A DNA stretch of 64,000 bases from Eledone cirrhosa (GCA_964016885.1 OZ024754.1:35712001-35776000), one strand, 5' to 3'; counted from the first letter of the stretch, positions 1 through 14,553 are shown. Program-made: numbers and translations. The notes: a model not told the origin generated them from the letters alone.

Positions 1-128
1 CTAATAACTGCCATTCTATCCGACGTTCTAATAACTGCCATTCTATCTGACGTTCTAATAACTGCCATTCTATCTGACGTTCTAATGACTGCCATTCTAT
101 CTGACGTTCTAATAACTCTGCCATTCTA
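1..128. repeat. 27-bp tandem repeat (ctaataactgccattctatctgacgtt), about 4.7 copies, open at the window edge
   Basis: Unit read directly at 27-bp spacing. Confidence 0.9.
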
Positions 129-271
129 GACAGTATGGGAACTCTCTAATCTGGAGAGGAGAAGATGATAGTAACGTTGAATAACATAGCAATCATTTCA
201 GAAATGTTTAAGCACGCGAGAACATACATTCGTTCCATCATCATTATCATCACCAGCATCCCAACTACAGT

Positions 272-291
272 TTGTGTGCGTGTGTGTATAC

Positions 292-358
<67 letters not shown>

Positions 359-363
359 TGTGA

Positions 364-434
<71 letters not shown>

Positions 435-445
435 CGCGTGCGTGT
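272..445. repeat. (TG)n/(TA)n microsatellite; representative of the very many (TA)n, (TG)n, (GA)n tracts in the window
   Basis: Seen directly. Confidence 0.95.
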
Positions 446-707
446 TTACGTTTAAACCACTCAAAACCTTGTACAGTTCAACATATAAAGATTTTTTTAG
501 ATAATTTCTGGGGGGGGGGGGATGATGTAACAAACTACACTCTTGATGATGGTGCCCCAGCATGGCCGCAGTCGAATGACTGATACTAGAAAGAGAGTAA
601 AAAATAAATTATAATTAATAATTTGAGAACGAAAAATAAAAAAAAATAACACATTAACTGGAATGGAACTCTTCAACTTTCCTGCGCCATTTTACCCTGG
701 CCATCCA

Positions 708-990
708 GGGGCATGGCCTAGTGGTAAGGGTGTTGGACTTATAATCATGATGTCGTTGGTTCTATTCCTGGACTGGGTTGTGTGTTGTGTTCTTGAGCAG
801 CTAGAGACTTCATTTCACGTTGCTCCAGTATTCTCAGCTGAAAGTGAGTTCCAGCCATAGCTGGGGATTTATCCCTGCGATAGACTGGCGTCCTGTCCAA
901 GGGGAGTTATGTACTCTCAGTCACTTAACGCTACGGAAACCCCGATAAATACCAGATTGCTGAGCCGCAGGGATCGAGAAAGACGTTACA
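708..990 (+). mobile_element. Degenerate tRNA-derived CORE-like SINE
   Basis: A-box-like tggcctagtgg, B-box-like gttctattcc, then CORE-like tgtgttcttgagca...ttcatttcacgttgctccag, shared with 30327-30545. Confidence 0.65.
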
Positions 991-1067
991 CATTTTTTAT
1001 CCTAATATAAGTTGACATCGCAAACGCACACGTATACTACATTTATATAGGTGCGCATACACACACA

Positions 1068-1139
<72 letters not shown>

Positions 1140-1140
<1 letters not shown>

Positions 1141-1311
1141 GAAAAAATGGCGTGCTGCGCTGTTGCGAGGTGATATAAATGAATAAAAATAGACCGAGAA
1201 ACGGGGTTGTCCATCATCAGTAGCCTGCTGATTATCATTGCGAAGAAATACCAATGATAATCAGCAGACTACTGATGATGGACAACCCCGTTTCTCTGTC
1301 TATTTTTATTC

Positions 1312-1314
<3 letters not shown>
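1140..1314 (-). mobile_element. Fold-back insert in (TA)n, family H (related to 42470-42618)
   Basis: About 60-bp inverted arms (1179-1240 / 1253-1314) containing ctgatgatgg; 3' end cgccattttttcat(TA)n resembles 42604-42618. Confidence 0.65.
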
Positions 1315-1349
<35 letters not shown>

Positions 1350-1353
<4 letters not shown>

Positions 1354-1538
1354 AGATTCAGGACCCCGACGGCTGAGCTCCGGCCATTTCCACAGCTAGA
1401 TCCGAAGTAAAGCGCCAGTATTCGAGCGGGGTAGCTCAGCCATCGGGGTCCTGAATCTTTTCATATTACCCACTCTACTACCTCAAGTATCGAGTACTCT
1501 GGAGGGTTATGGTCCACCTGGTATTTTACCTCGTCCCA

Positions 1539-1542
<4 letters not shown>
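1350..1542 (+). mobile_element. Family A (TA)n-inserted fold-back element (pLTR-like)
   Basis: gaaaagattcaggaccccga...tcggggtcctgaatcttttc inverted arms plus the tail shared with about 10 other copies. Confidence 0.75.
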
Positions 1543-1590
<48 letters not shown>

Positions 1591-1591
<1 letters not shown>

Positions 1592-1778
1592 TGTTTCTAC
1601 TTTAGGCACAAGGCCAGCAATTACCCAGTACATTACTGGTACTTTAGTTTATCGATCCCGTAAGGATGAAAGGCAAAGTTAACCTCGGCGGGATTTGAAC
1701 TCAGACTGTAAAGGGACGGTAACTATGCTAGAAAGCATGGCGTCCAACCCTCTACCGATACTGCCAATTCACCGCCCT
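1591..1778 (-). mobile_element. MetaSINE-like tRNA-derived SINE, near full length
   Basis: Reverse strand reads ggcggtgaattggcagtatcggtag...gagttcaaatcccgccgaggttaactttgcctttcatccttacgg...gataaa...gtaccag (Meta-domain-like), (ATT)n tail. Confidence 0.8.
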
Positions 1779-1832
<54 letters not shown>

Positions 1833-1971
1833 TATATGGCATGATTATCGATTTGCATATATCCCTGTATTGGTTGGTTTTGTTAGTTTTCAGAAAACGT
1901 GAAAGAGTTTGTAGGCCCCACTGAACGCCTTTCGTGACACGACCCTCAAACTTTCGTGAACGCTTCTGGCT

Positions 1972-2066
<95 letters not shown>

Positions 2067-2654
2067 GTTAGGTCTTCGTAAGAAACAGCAGTCAAATATT
2101 TACGGATGTATGACATTGATCCAATCCATGGCACTGTTACTCCTGTAGAAGGAACCCCTTACTGTTGGGTTTTGGTTATGTCAACGATATAGCCATACTC
2201 AACACGCTTAGCCAATTGCGGTTTGGTGAGTCTGTCTAACCCATATGAAGATGAAAACAAAAAAATAAAGATATCCTAAGCCATGAGTCATTAGGCTGAA
2301 GCCATTTCACTTCAAGTTATCGACTGCAACCACAAGCTGCAATGCAGACCAATCACTATGCATTATCGTACTCTGCAGCACTACTATTATTTTTAATGTA
2401 TCGTCTAGTAATAAAACATTTTATAATCTTTTTCTTTAGATGAAAATTTTGTTTTCCATGCTAAGGTAGGTGCCGCGATCGGGATTTAGATTCTGTTACT
2501 ATTTAATGTCGAGATAAGATTGAGGTTTCGAATGATGAGCTTGACGTTACGTTTAGGGCAGAGATGCGGACCTTTCTATTCAGGATGGCTGCACTGAAAT
2601 TAACTGACATCCAATGAGGCCACATTTTAAAATGTACCTCGGTTATTTTAAATA

Positions 2655-2768
2655 ATTGTTTCTACTTTAGGCACAAGGCCAGCAAATACCCAGTGCATTA
2701 CTGGTACTTTATTTTATCGACCCCGTAAGGATGAAAGGCAAAGTCAACCTCGGCGGGATTTGAACTCG
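2655..2768 (-). mobile_element. MetaSINE-like 3' fragment
   Basis: Same central domain and tail as 1591-1778. Confidence 0.8.
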
Positions 2769-3259
2769 GTTATTTTAAATAATATTATTAAAAATGTAAA
2801 TTAAAAAAATAAGTGTTGTTGTTTTTTTACGAATCATATTTAGTTGAAAAGATAACCGTTTAAAATGAATCAGCAAAATTATATTTCAATAAAAACGTTT
2901 CCCTTCCAACGTTGTGCATTTTTTCTGAAGACCATAGACGGCCATAACTTTTCCCATTTCTGGTTTAGGGCTAGGGTTTAACTTATAGTTAAGTTTAGTG
3001 TCAACTTAACTATACGTTAAACCTTAACTCAAAACCAGATCGTAATTGTGGATTAACTTGACGTTAGGTTTAGGGTTTTCACTAGTAGATGGTAATTAGA
3101 TACCAACATCTTAAACTACATTTGTGTTTGAGGACCGTCAGGTTTATATTTAAGGTTAGATTTATTCTATAAGCATGTTTGGTTTAAGGTTCGAATTAAA
3201 ATTAATTTAGGGGTGGGATTCGGTCTGAATTAAGGATTATTATTATTATTATTATACAG

Positions 3260-3387
3260 TCCCTTTACGGTCTGAGTTCAAATCCCGCCGAGGTTAACTT
3301 TGCCTTTCATCCTTACGGGGTCGATAAAATAAAGTACCAGTAATGTACTGGATAATTGCTGGCCTTGTGCCAAAAGTAGAAACAATT
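3260..3387 (+). mobile_element. MetaSINE-like fragment
   Basis: gagttcaaatcccgccgaggttaactttgcctttcatccttacggggtcgataaa. Confidence 0.8.
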
Positions 3388-3569
3388 ATATTACAGTTTA
3401 GTTTTAAATTAGCGTTTCATTTGGTTACAGTAAAATAAGCCCTTAGACTTAGATATGATTTAGGTTCAGGATTGTGCTTTTGGCTAGGCTTGGTGAAAAG
3501 GTTAGTGTTGGATTAGAGTTAGTGAAGAGATGTATATTACTGGAGCGTGTCTTCTCGAACTGATAATAA

Positions 3570-3787
3570 TGGTTTCTTATATAGGCACAACACCAGCAAT
3601 TTGGGGGGAGGGGAAAGTCGATTTAATCGACCCCAGTGCGTGACTGGTACTTTATTTTATCGACCCAGTAAGGATGAAAAGCTAAGTTAACCTCGGCGAG
3701 ATTTGAATTCAGATCATGAAGGGCCATAACTCTATGCTGCAAGGCATGGTGTCTGACGCTCTACCGACACTGCCAATCCACCGCCCT
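3570..3787 (-). mobile_element. MetaSINE-like, long-tail subfamily (also 30790-31000)
   Basis: Same core with extra ggggaggggaaagtcgattt segment in the tail. Confidence 0.8.
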
Positions 3788-4198
3788 TCTCGAACTGATA
3801 ATGATGAAACAAGGAGTCAGTTCTGGCGAGACTTGAACTCAGGTCATAAAAAATATATGTGAAAACCACAAATCCTTATTGGGCCCAATAATGTTTCTAA
3901 AACCCTTCCCCCATCCATCTGTCTCTCCCCATCCTTCATTTATAATATATTAATCACTTTTATCCACTAAGTGTACGATTAAAATGTGTCTGCAATATGT
4001 ATGTAACCGATTAAATCGATTTTTATGTTATATTGCTTGCACTTATTCTATCAACTCCGGATATATAAGTCCCTCTATTATCATTGAACGGTATAGATTG
4101 TTGTGGCTTTGATCCTTTGTCCACGTGAACGAAAAATAGAAAAAAAAGTAACATTGATTTGGATCACATGATGACTATGTTGAAAATAGCTTCATAAT

Positions 4199-4311
4199 TC
4201 TCTCTCTACTCTCCACCATCTCTCTCTCTTTCTTTCTCTCTTTCTCTCTCTCTCATTATCTTTCTCTTTCTCTCTCTCTCTTTCTCTCTCCCTCACTCTC
4301 TCCTTCCTCCG

Positions 4312-4343
<32 letters not shown>

Positions 4344-4492
4344 TCTTCTTCTTCTCTTCTCTTTCTTTCTATCCCTATCTCTTTCTTCTCTCATACCCTT
4401 CTCTTTCTCTCATACCCTTCTCTTTCTCTCACCTTCCTTCTTTTTTCTTTTCTCCCTATCTTTCCCTCTCCCCTCCCCCTTTCTCTTTCTCA

Positions 4493-4524
<32 letters not shown>

Positions 4525-4728
4525 TCTCTTCTCTTTCTTTCTATCCCAATCTCTTTCTTCTCTCACACACTTCTCTTTCTCTCACCTTCCCCTTTTCATC
4601 TTCTCTCCCTCTCTCTCTCTCTCTCTCTCTTCTTTTTCTCCGCTATCTCTCTCTCTCACTCTCTCTCTCCCTCTCCCCCTCTCTCTCTTTCTCTTCCTCA
4701 TTCTCTATTTCTTCATTTCTCTCTTTCT
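4199..4728. repeat. CT-rich polypyrimidine low-complexity tract
   Basis: Seen directly. Confidence 0.9.
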
Positions 4729-4791
4729 CATAGGGCCATATATATATATACGTGTGTGTATGTATATATATATAAATGTGTGTGCGCGTAT

Positions 4792-4901
<110 letters not shown>

Positions 4902-5364
4902 TTTTACTCTTTTGCCTGTTTCAGCCATCCGGCTGAGGCCATGCTGGACAAGTAATTGTCGTCTGCTGAGCGTTTGTCTGAACTTTACATCTTCCTTCAT
5001 CTTTTCTCTTATAGGCGTTAAATAATGACGACGGCGACGATGGTGATGATGATGATGATGGTGGTGAGGATGATGATGATGATGATGATGACGATGGTGA
5101 TGATGATGACGATGGTGATGATGAGGATGATGATGATTTTCTTTCGGGATGAAAACATGAGTTGTTTCTTGTGAAATAAACGTATTCTGCTGTGGGAATT
5201 CAATTTATTCTCGAAGACCCTGAAAAGGGTCTTGGTCTCTAAGCTTTCTCACTCCCTGCCCGACTACAACACCCAACGTTTTAATACCATTTTCCCTGAT
5301 AAAGGAAATGTGACACGCTTTATACACGCCATGTGGTCTTATTTAAACAATGTTATACGACTAG

Positions 5365-5600
5365 ATCTTTCTCTTGTGTCCACAAGAGTGTCAGCTACAA
5401 AGCTTGGCTAAATGTGGTTCCGCCACAATTGAACGCATTGGAGTCCTTTCGCATTAAACTCTGCCAAGTCCATTGCTGTGCAGGGGTGTTCCAAAAGGGA
5501 GGCATATCAGGAGGTGCTGCGTGGTCTGTGGTTCAATGCTGCAATCACACACAACACCCCCATCCTTTAAATATCCCCATTTTGCAAGGTTGACCTTTGT
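5365..5600 (-). mobile_element. Ingi/Vingi-like LINE 3' fragment (copy 1)
   Basis: Homologous to 5675-5900; reverse translation includes LAKWGYLK...EPQTTQHLLIC. Confidence 0.65.
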
Positions 5601-5671
5601 AGTACAGTACAGTAGTTAGTATGAGCAGCTATCAGACAGTGTATCTAGGACTACATTATCTAATGTACAGT

Positions 5672-6100
5672 TTTTCTTCTTGTCGTGTCCACAAGAGTGT
5701 CAGCTACAAAGCTTGGCTAGATGTGGTTCCGCCACAGCTGAACACATTGCTGTCCTTTCTCATTAAACTTTGCCAGGTCCAATGCTGTGCAGGGGTGTTC
5801 CAGCAGGGGGTATATCAGGAGGTGCTGTATTGTCTGTGGTTGGCTGCCTCAGTCACACACAACGTCCACATTCTTTAAATATCCCCATTTTGCAAGAGTG
5901 ACTTTTGCACGTCCAACACCAGTTCTTAGTCTGTTTAGGCCTGTCCATACTGCATTTGCACACTTCTCCAGGGGCAGTGCATCGCTCGCCTTTAGCTCTA
6001 GAGTCGTTGCTGATGGGAGATTGTTAAGTTATTTTTTTTTCCCAGCGAATGACTTTATCACTACTTATATTTCATACCCTTCCTGGGACTAAAACTAGTT
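5672..6100 (-). mobile_element. Ingi/Vingi-like LINE 3' fragment (copy 2, degenerate ORF)
   Basis: Reverse translation VWTGLNRLRTGVGRAKVTLAKWGYLK followed by a degenerate CCHC-type region (QTIQHLLI); ends gacacgacaagaagaa. Confidence 0.7.
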
Positions 6101-6719
6101 AGTCTTCTCATACAACCCGCGACTATACAGTGTAGCTATTCTAAACCGGATACACTGCAAAATAATCTATTTAGTGGGACAAGGTGACCTCACACTACAG
6201 AAAATATAATTATGACTATTAAGAAAAGATCGAATGTTCCCTTCGATCTGTTCACCATGGATTTTCATGACATAACTGTGCCCTGAGTTCACCGGAAGGA
6301 AGAGGGCGTGAGTAGGAGTGTATGTATGTGTATGTATGTGTATGTATGTGTATGTATGTGTATGTATGTGTATAGTTTACGTCTATACGTGTATGTATGT
6401 GTGTATACTACATGCGTGTGTGTAGTGTACGTGTATACGTGTATGTATATGTGTACTTGCGTGCGTGTAATGTACGTGTATATGTGTATGTATGTGTGTG
6501 TAGATTAGTGTGTATGTAGGTATTCTACAAAGATGGGAGGTAGATAAAGAGAAAGAGAGGGAGAGAGAGAGGGGGAGAGGGAGAGTGAGGGAGAGTGAGG
6601 GAGAGACGGGTAAACTAATATACAAAGAGAGGGGATGGACCGACAGATTGATATACAAAGAGAGAGTGGGGAAGGGGAGCCAAGCAGATTGATATACATA
6701 TATATAAATATATATATAT

Positions 6720-6750
<31 letters not shown>

Positions 6751-6839
6751 ATGTATATACATATATATATATATACATATATACACACATACAAATATAT
6801 ATATATAGAGAGGGACACACACACACACACACACGCACT

Positions 6840-6889
<50 letters not shown>

Positions 6890-7039
6890 ATGAGAGAGAG
6901 GGGGGGGGGGGGGCAGGTGGAGGGAGAGAGAGAGGGAGTTGTATATGAGGTGGAAAGGGGAACATGTTAACCATCTCATTTACTAAAGTCATCACTACAG
7001 AGCCACCATCTTCCATGGCAAAGTCCATCACCCCCATCG

Positions 7040-8957
7040 ACACTCTCATCAACACCACCACCAACACAACCACCAACACAACCACCAACACCACCACCAA
7101 CACCACCAACACCACTACCACCAACACTCCCATCACCAAGACCACCACCACCATCACCACCACCATCACCCCCACCACCAACACCACCAACACCACCAAC
7201 ACCACCAACATCAACACCACTACCATCACCACCACCAATACCACCACCAACACCTCCAACACCATCAACACCACTACCATCAACACTCCCATCACTAAGA
7301 CCACCACCACCAACAGTACCACTATCAACACCACCACCAACACCACCAACACCACCAACACCACCAACATCAACACCACTACCATCAACACCACCACCAA
7401 TACCACCACCAACACCTCCAACACCACCACCATCAACACCACTACCATCAACACTCCCATCACCAAGACCACCACCACCAACACTACCACCATCAACACC
7501 ACCACCAACACCACCAACAACAACACCACTACCATCAGCACTCCCATCACCACCATCAACACCATCACTACCACCATCAACACCACCACCACCAACACCA
7601 CCACCACCAACACCACCAACATCAACACCACTACCATCAACACTCCCATCACCAAGACCACCACCACCATCACTACCACTATCAACACCACCACCAACAC
7701 CACCGACATCAACACCACTACCATCAACACTCCCATCACCAAGACCACCACCACCATCACTACCACTATCAACACCACCACCAACACCACCAACATCAAC
7801 ACCACTACCATCAGCACTCCCATCACCACCATCACCACCAACATCAACACCATTATAATCAGCACTCCCATCACCACCATTAACACCAACACCACCGACC
7901 CGCCCTACCACCATCACCAACACCACCATCAACACCACCAACAGCACCAACATCAACATCACTACCATCAACACCCTCATCACCACCATCAACACCAACA
8001 CCACCACCACAACCACCACCACCACAACCACCACCACGACCACCACCACCACCACCATTCCAACCTCTATCAAGACCGTTGCCAACATCAACACCACTAC
8101 CACCATCAGAGCCACCCACCCCACCTTACCAACAAACCACCGTAGAAACCACTACCAAGAACAACACTAACACTACTACTACCACCACCACCACTACCAA
8201 CACGAACACTACCACCACCACCACCACCACTACCAACACCACTACCAACAACAACACTAACACTACTACCAGCAACACCACCACGACCATGACCACTACC
8301 ACCACTACTAACACAACCAACACCACCACCAACAACAACAACAACAACAACACCACCACCACACACCACCACCACCACACCACCACCACCACACCAACAC
8401 CACCAACAACACTAACACTAACACTACCAACGCAACCAACCAACAACAACACCACCACCATCACCCCCATCACCACTACCACCACCACCAGCAACAACAA
8501 CAATACCCCCACCACCACACCACCACCACACCAACACCACCACCACCACCACCACCCCAACAGACCACCACCACCACCACCACCACCACCACCACCACCA
8601 CCACCACCACCACCACCACCACGCCATCACCACGCCATCACCACCACCACCACCACCACCACCGCCACCACCAACACCACCACCACCACCACGCCATCAC
8701 CACCACCACCACCACCACCACCGCCACCACCAACACCACCACCACCACCACGCCATCACCACCACCACCACCACCACGCTACCACCACCACCACCACATC
8801 ACCACCACCACCACCACGCCACCACCACCACCACCACCACGCCATCACCACCACCACCACACACCACCACCACCACCACCACCACCACACACCACCACCA
8901 CCACCACCACGACCACCACCACCACCACGCCATCACCACCACTACCAACAACAACAG
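7040..8957. repeat. Complex (ACC/AAC)n trinucleotide array with internal higher-order duplications
   Basis: Recurring cassette accatcaacactcccatcaccaagaccaccacc embedded in ACC repeats. Confidence 0.9.
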
Positions 8958-9228
8958 CAGAGTTTTATGGATCGATACCAAGAGACATGGCTTTGATCCA
9001 GGCCGCTGTCCTCGTACACAAAATAAATACATAAATAAACAAACAACAACAAAACATAGCAAACAAGTAAAAAGAAATAAAACTAGAAATTCAGTCATGT
9101 GATAAAGAGCGTCAAAACGACTTCGTGGCCGCCATTTTAAATTTCAACAGCGCCGCCTTCTCCTTACTCTCTCTCTCAAACCTTTCTTTCTCTCTCTCTT
9201 TCTCTTTCTTCCTTTCTTTCTTTCTTTC

Positions 9229-9291
<63 letters not shown>

Positions 9292-9406
9292 CTTTCCCTC
9301 TCTTATATATATGTATATATATATATATATATGTATGAATATTTGTATAAATATATATATATGTATGTATGTATGTTTGTATATATATATATATGTGTAT
9401 AATATT

Positions 9407-9587
<181 letters not shown>

Positions 9588-9997
9588 GTAGAAGGTGAGT
9601 AATATTGTAGAACAATAAGACTATGCATATATCAGATAAGTAGCACTCAACAGTTGCTAGAACTGGAGTATATATACTAAAGAAGAAATTAAAAGATGGT
9701 TAAAAGAGTTCCATATATTTTATTATGCGCATTTCGAATACAAAAACATCCTGGGACAAAAATTGTGTCCTCATCAGATAAAATAAGGTAAGATGATATG
9801 AGGCATAATAGAACTTGTTTACAGGAAAGTGCTAAGTCTACATAGCACTTTCCAGTAAACAAGTGCTATTATGCCTCATATCATGTTACCTTATTTTATC
9901 TGATGAGGACACAATTTTTGTCCCACGACGATTTTGTATTCGAAATGCGCATAATAAAATATATGGAACTCTTTTAACCATCTTTTAATTTTTTCTT

Positions 9998-10000
<3 letters not shown>
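9588..10000 (-). mobile_element. Family B pLTR-like fold-back element in (TA)n
   Basis: About 157-bp inverted arms 9678-9834 / 9843-9999 plus an unpaired 90-bp tail; one hammerhead motif per arm. Confidence 0.8.
9892..9961 (+). ncRNA. Minimal type-I hammerhead ribozyme motif (mirror copy 9716-9785, minus strand)
   Basis: UAUUUUAU-CUGAUGA-stemII-GAAA-UGCGCA-UA-AUAAAAUA: 8-bp stem I, palindromic stem III AUGCGCAU. Confidence 0.75.
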
Positions 10001-10047
<47 letters not shown>

Positions 10048-10157
10048 TTATATATATATATATGTATATATATATGTATATATATATGTATATATGTGTG
10101 TGTGGGGTGGGGGGTATATGTGTATATATATATATATTTAGATATGTATGTATGTTA

Positions 10158-10211
<54 letters not shown>

Positions 10212-10485
10212 TTGTATATATATATATAACTCTCTAACTCTCACACTCTGTCACTCTTTCTCACTCTCACTCTCTCATTCTCTCTCTCACTCACACACAC
10301 TCACTCTCTCACTCCCCCCTTCTCTCTCTCTCTCTCTCTCTTAGTCTTACTATTTCTATCCCTGCTATCACTTTCTTTTTGTCTTTCTTCCTGTATTTTT
10401 ATATATATATACTGTATAACATATGTATTATGTATATATATTCATCGATATGTGAGTCTGTATATAACGTGTTACATATATACAT

Positions 10486-10555
<70 letters not shown>

Positions 10556-10559
10556 TATA

Positions 10560-10647
<88 letters not shown>

Positions 10648-10959
10648 CATATTGGCATGCGTACATGTATGTGTGTATGTATGTTTGTATGTATATATGT
10701 ATGTATGCATGTATGTATATATATATGTATATATGTATATATGCATGTATATATGTATGTATGCATGTATTTATATATGTAAGTATATATGTATGTATGT
10801 ATGCATATATGCATGTATATATGTATATATATACGTACGCATGTATGTATGTATATATGTATGTAAATATATATGTATATACGTATATATGTATATATGT
10901 ATATATGTATATATTTGTGTATGTATATATGTATATATGTATATATATCTATATATATC

Positions 10960-11042
<83 letters not shown>

Positions 11043-11183
11043 TTGCATGTACCAACCCGTAATTTCTGAGAAAACAAAAACAACCACCATTTACCATTAA
11101 ATATTTACAACCTGCTCTAATGGAAATGCCAAACAGTCAAAGATGATACTACAGTCAGTTATAGGTGCATGGATACAAACACA

Positions 11184-11224
<41 letters not shown>

Positions 11225-11227
11225 TAT

Positions 11228-11380
11228 AACAAAGGAATTGTGGTAAGGAACCAGATGGACCATAACGCACCAGAGTACTCAATACTTAGAGTAGTAGAGT
11301 GGGAAATAGGAAAAAGTATGACCCACACAGCAGAGCTCAAGCCGTTTCGACGGCTATTTCTAGGTCATACTTTTTCCTAT
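11228..11380 (-). mobile_element. Family A element in (TA)n
   Basis: ggaaccagatggaccataacgcaccagagtactcaatac... shared family sequence. Confidence 0.75.
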
Positions 11381-11822
11381 ATATATATATATATATAAAT
11401 ATATATATATGGTGGCTGCCAACTCGTTTTCGAGTATGGCCACTACTTTATATCCATGTAGGAGAACCCCTACCGATGCGCTGAACGAGTGTGACTTTTT
11501 AGTCCAGCCAGCGACTTGAAAACTCTGGTACAAACACTACACTTGTGACAACTATTGACACATAGTGCTGGGCCCATGGTACCATGTGACGACAAGTGCA
11601 GAGAGATCTCCTGATATAAAGCAATGCCTGTGCCGTGAAGCTTTTATAGTGAGCAAAGGCACTGCACAGAGCCAGTCCCACTCTCTTAACCAAGATGCTA
11701 TTTACCAAAAAGAAGAACAAGTTAACATCATTGGATACCATCAGGGTTGCAGGTGTTATATCAGAGTTTTCCTTCTCCTAGAATTCTGCCTTGACAAAGG
11801 CTAAGGGGTCATCTCTCCCGGA

Positions 11823-11937
<115 letters not shown>

Positions 11938-11947
11938 TGTGTGTGTG

Positions 11948-12044
11948 TGGAGACGCACGCAGGATATGGCAGCGATAATGAGGGACAGGGACCGCTGGAG
12001 AGAACTCGTCCATGGATCTCGGGAATTTTACCCGCCTTAGAATA

Positions 12045-12048
<4 letters not shown>
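11948..12048 (+). mobile_element. RTE-clade LINE extreme 3' fragment
   Basis: [27 protein letters not shown], same as 60175-60545. Confidence 0.75.
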
Positions 12049-12107
<59 letters not shown>

Positions 12108-12141
12108 GATATATACATATATATATATATATGTGTGTGTG

Positions 12142-12286
12142 TATCCCCGGTTCAATCGAGGGTAACCACAGAATATAAGGTACTCATTGTATAACACAGT
12201 ATAAATGTTTAATATAGAAATGGCCTCTACGTGACTAGAACTGGGCTTTCCTGACGATTTCCTTCGAATGAAACAGTCCAGCCGAA

Positions 12287-12290
<4 letters not shown>
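12142..12290. mobile_element. Family F rearranged pLTR-like insert
   Basis: Shares ends with 24916-25072 and 51560-51675; contains CUGACGA-U-UUC-CUUC-GAA-U-GAAAC at 12251-12274. Confidence 0.6.
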
Positions 12291-12332
<42 letters not shown>

Positions 12333-12340
<8 letters not shown>

Positions 12341-12519
12341 TAACAGATTAAAGTTTAGCAAAGAATCGCTGCTTTAACCCTTAACGGGATCTTCTGAAAG
12401 TTTGCTTAAACTTTAATCTGTTATTTTAATAAATATTTGATCTACGGTTCTTATATATTTGATATATATTTATCCTTATCGAGCCCTCTTTGGATTTTAG
12501 TCTTCAAATTTATTATTAT

Positions 12520-12522
<3 letters not shown>
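12333..12522 (+). mobile_element. Family E fold-back element in (TA)n (other copies 18484-18632, 19610-19920, 25408-25520, 27193-27348, 52841-52982, 55091-55340)
   Basis: Recurrent aaagaatcgctgctttcacccttaacgggatcttctgaaa and tail ttggattttagtcttcaaatttattattattac(TA)n. Confidence 0.75.
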
Positions 12523-13153
<631 letters not shown>

Positions 13154-13323
13154 ATATATATTTATATATATATATATGTGATTTTTCTCACATATATATA
13201 TATATAAACTGAGATCTCAGTTTGACAATCACCACCGACGAATGAGAGAAAGTTCTCCAGGAAAGTTAACCAGGAATCTTTTAAAATCTTCCCACCCAAG
13301 TTAACAAAGAATCTCACACATTT

Positions 13324-13407
<84 letters not shown>

Positions 13408-13410
13408 TAT

Positions 13411-13458
<48 letters not shown>

Positions 13459-13484
13459 CATATATATATATGTGTGAGAAAAAT

Positions 13485-13526
<42 letters not shown>

Positions 13527-13558
13527 GGAAAAACCACAGACCCTCCATCTCAACTCTA

Positions 13559-13632
<74 letters not shown>

Positions 13633-13910
13633 TATAACAGGAAGAATTTCCAAAACTGATCAGATTAGAACAAACATCACGGGCGCTCTATCTCAAAATT
13701 ATTTTTGAAAAGCATTAGAAATGCGCAACCGGTAAAAACTTAAAACTAAAACTGAATACTAACCAATACTTATTACTAATTTATACTTATTCCTAATTAA
13801 ACTATTTTTCACTGGGAAAAATTTGTCAGCATTTTCTTTTCCTTTTACTAATATATATATATACATATATACCTACAGACACACACACACACATACACAC
13901 AAATATATAT

Positions 13911-14021
<111 letters not shown>

Positions 14022-14221
14022 AAAATGTATGTAGAATTATAATATACTCCTACAATTATTAATTTTCCCATTTATATTTAAAATTCTATCAGTTCAGTTA
14101 TCGGTAAAGAACATTCAGGTGCCTCGTACTTCTATTTAAATTCTCAATAAAAAATATATTCAAACATCGTGTATATATTGCCGATCATTCAGACTCTTAC
14201 GAAGCGCTGAGGGATAAAGTT

Positions 14222-14553
14222 AATATAAGGATGGGTGCGCTCATGCGCAGAGATGCTATAAAATAACTTCTAAAATGTGGTGAAAACTCTTCAAAAACGG
14301 AAAAAGAAGCTGCTATCCTAGCGGCCGATAGTAACTTCTTTTTCCGTCTTCACCATATTTTATAAGCTATGGTGGTGCTATTAAGTTAGGTTTCGGCCAG
14401 TATTGGCCCAGTCCATGTCTATCAAAGTTATCAAAGTTACACTATAGCATCTCCGCGCATGAGCACACCACCCTTTATATTGGGTCGTCAAGTATGAAAT
14501 TTGTAGAAATTTGTTTTGTTTTTCTACAAATTTCTACAAATTTCATACTTGAC
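14222..14553. repeat. Nested inverted repeats (possible MITE) plus adjacent perfect 28-bp hairpin
   Basis: 14222-14260 vs 14443-14480 imperfect arms; 14487-14514 vs 14526-14553 perfect. Confidence 0.65.

Noticed and set aside
6964-8996. Thr-rich mucin-like and His/Pro-rich ORFs
   Set aside because: Open in several frames on both strands because ACC-type repeats lack stops; no unique domain or splice support.
9126-9140. YY1-like GCCGCCATTTT motif suggesting a promoter
   Set aside because: Single short motif with no CpG island or linked exon.
11620-11695. Hammerhead-like arrangement in a repeat shared with 35245-35335
   Set aside because: The repeat is real, but the core deviates at several positions in both copies and stem II is unconvincing.
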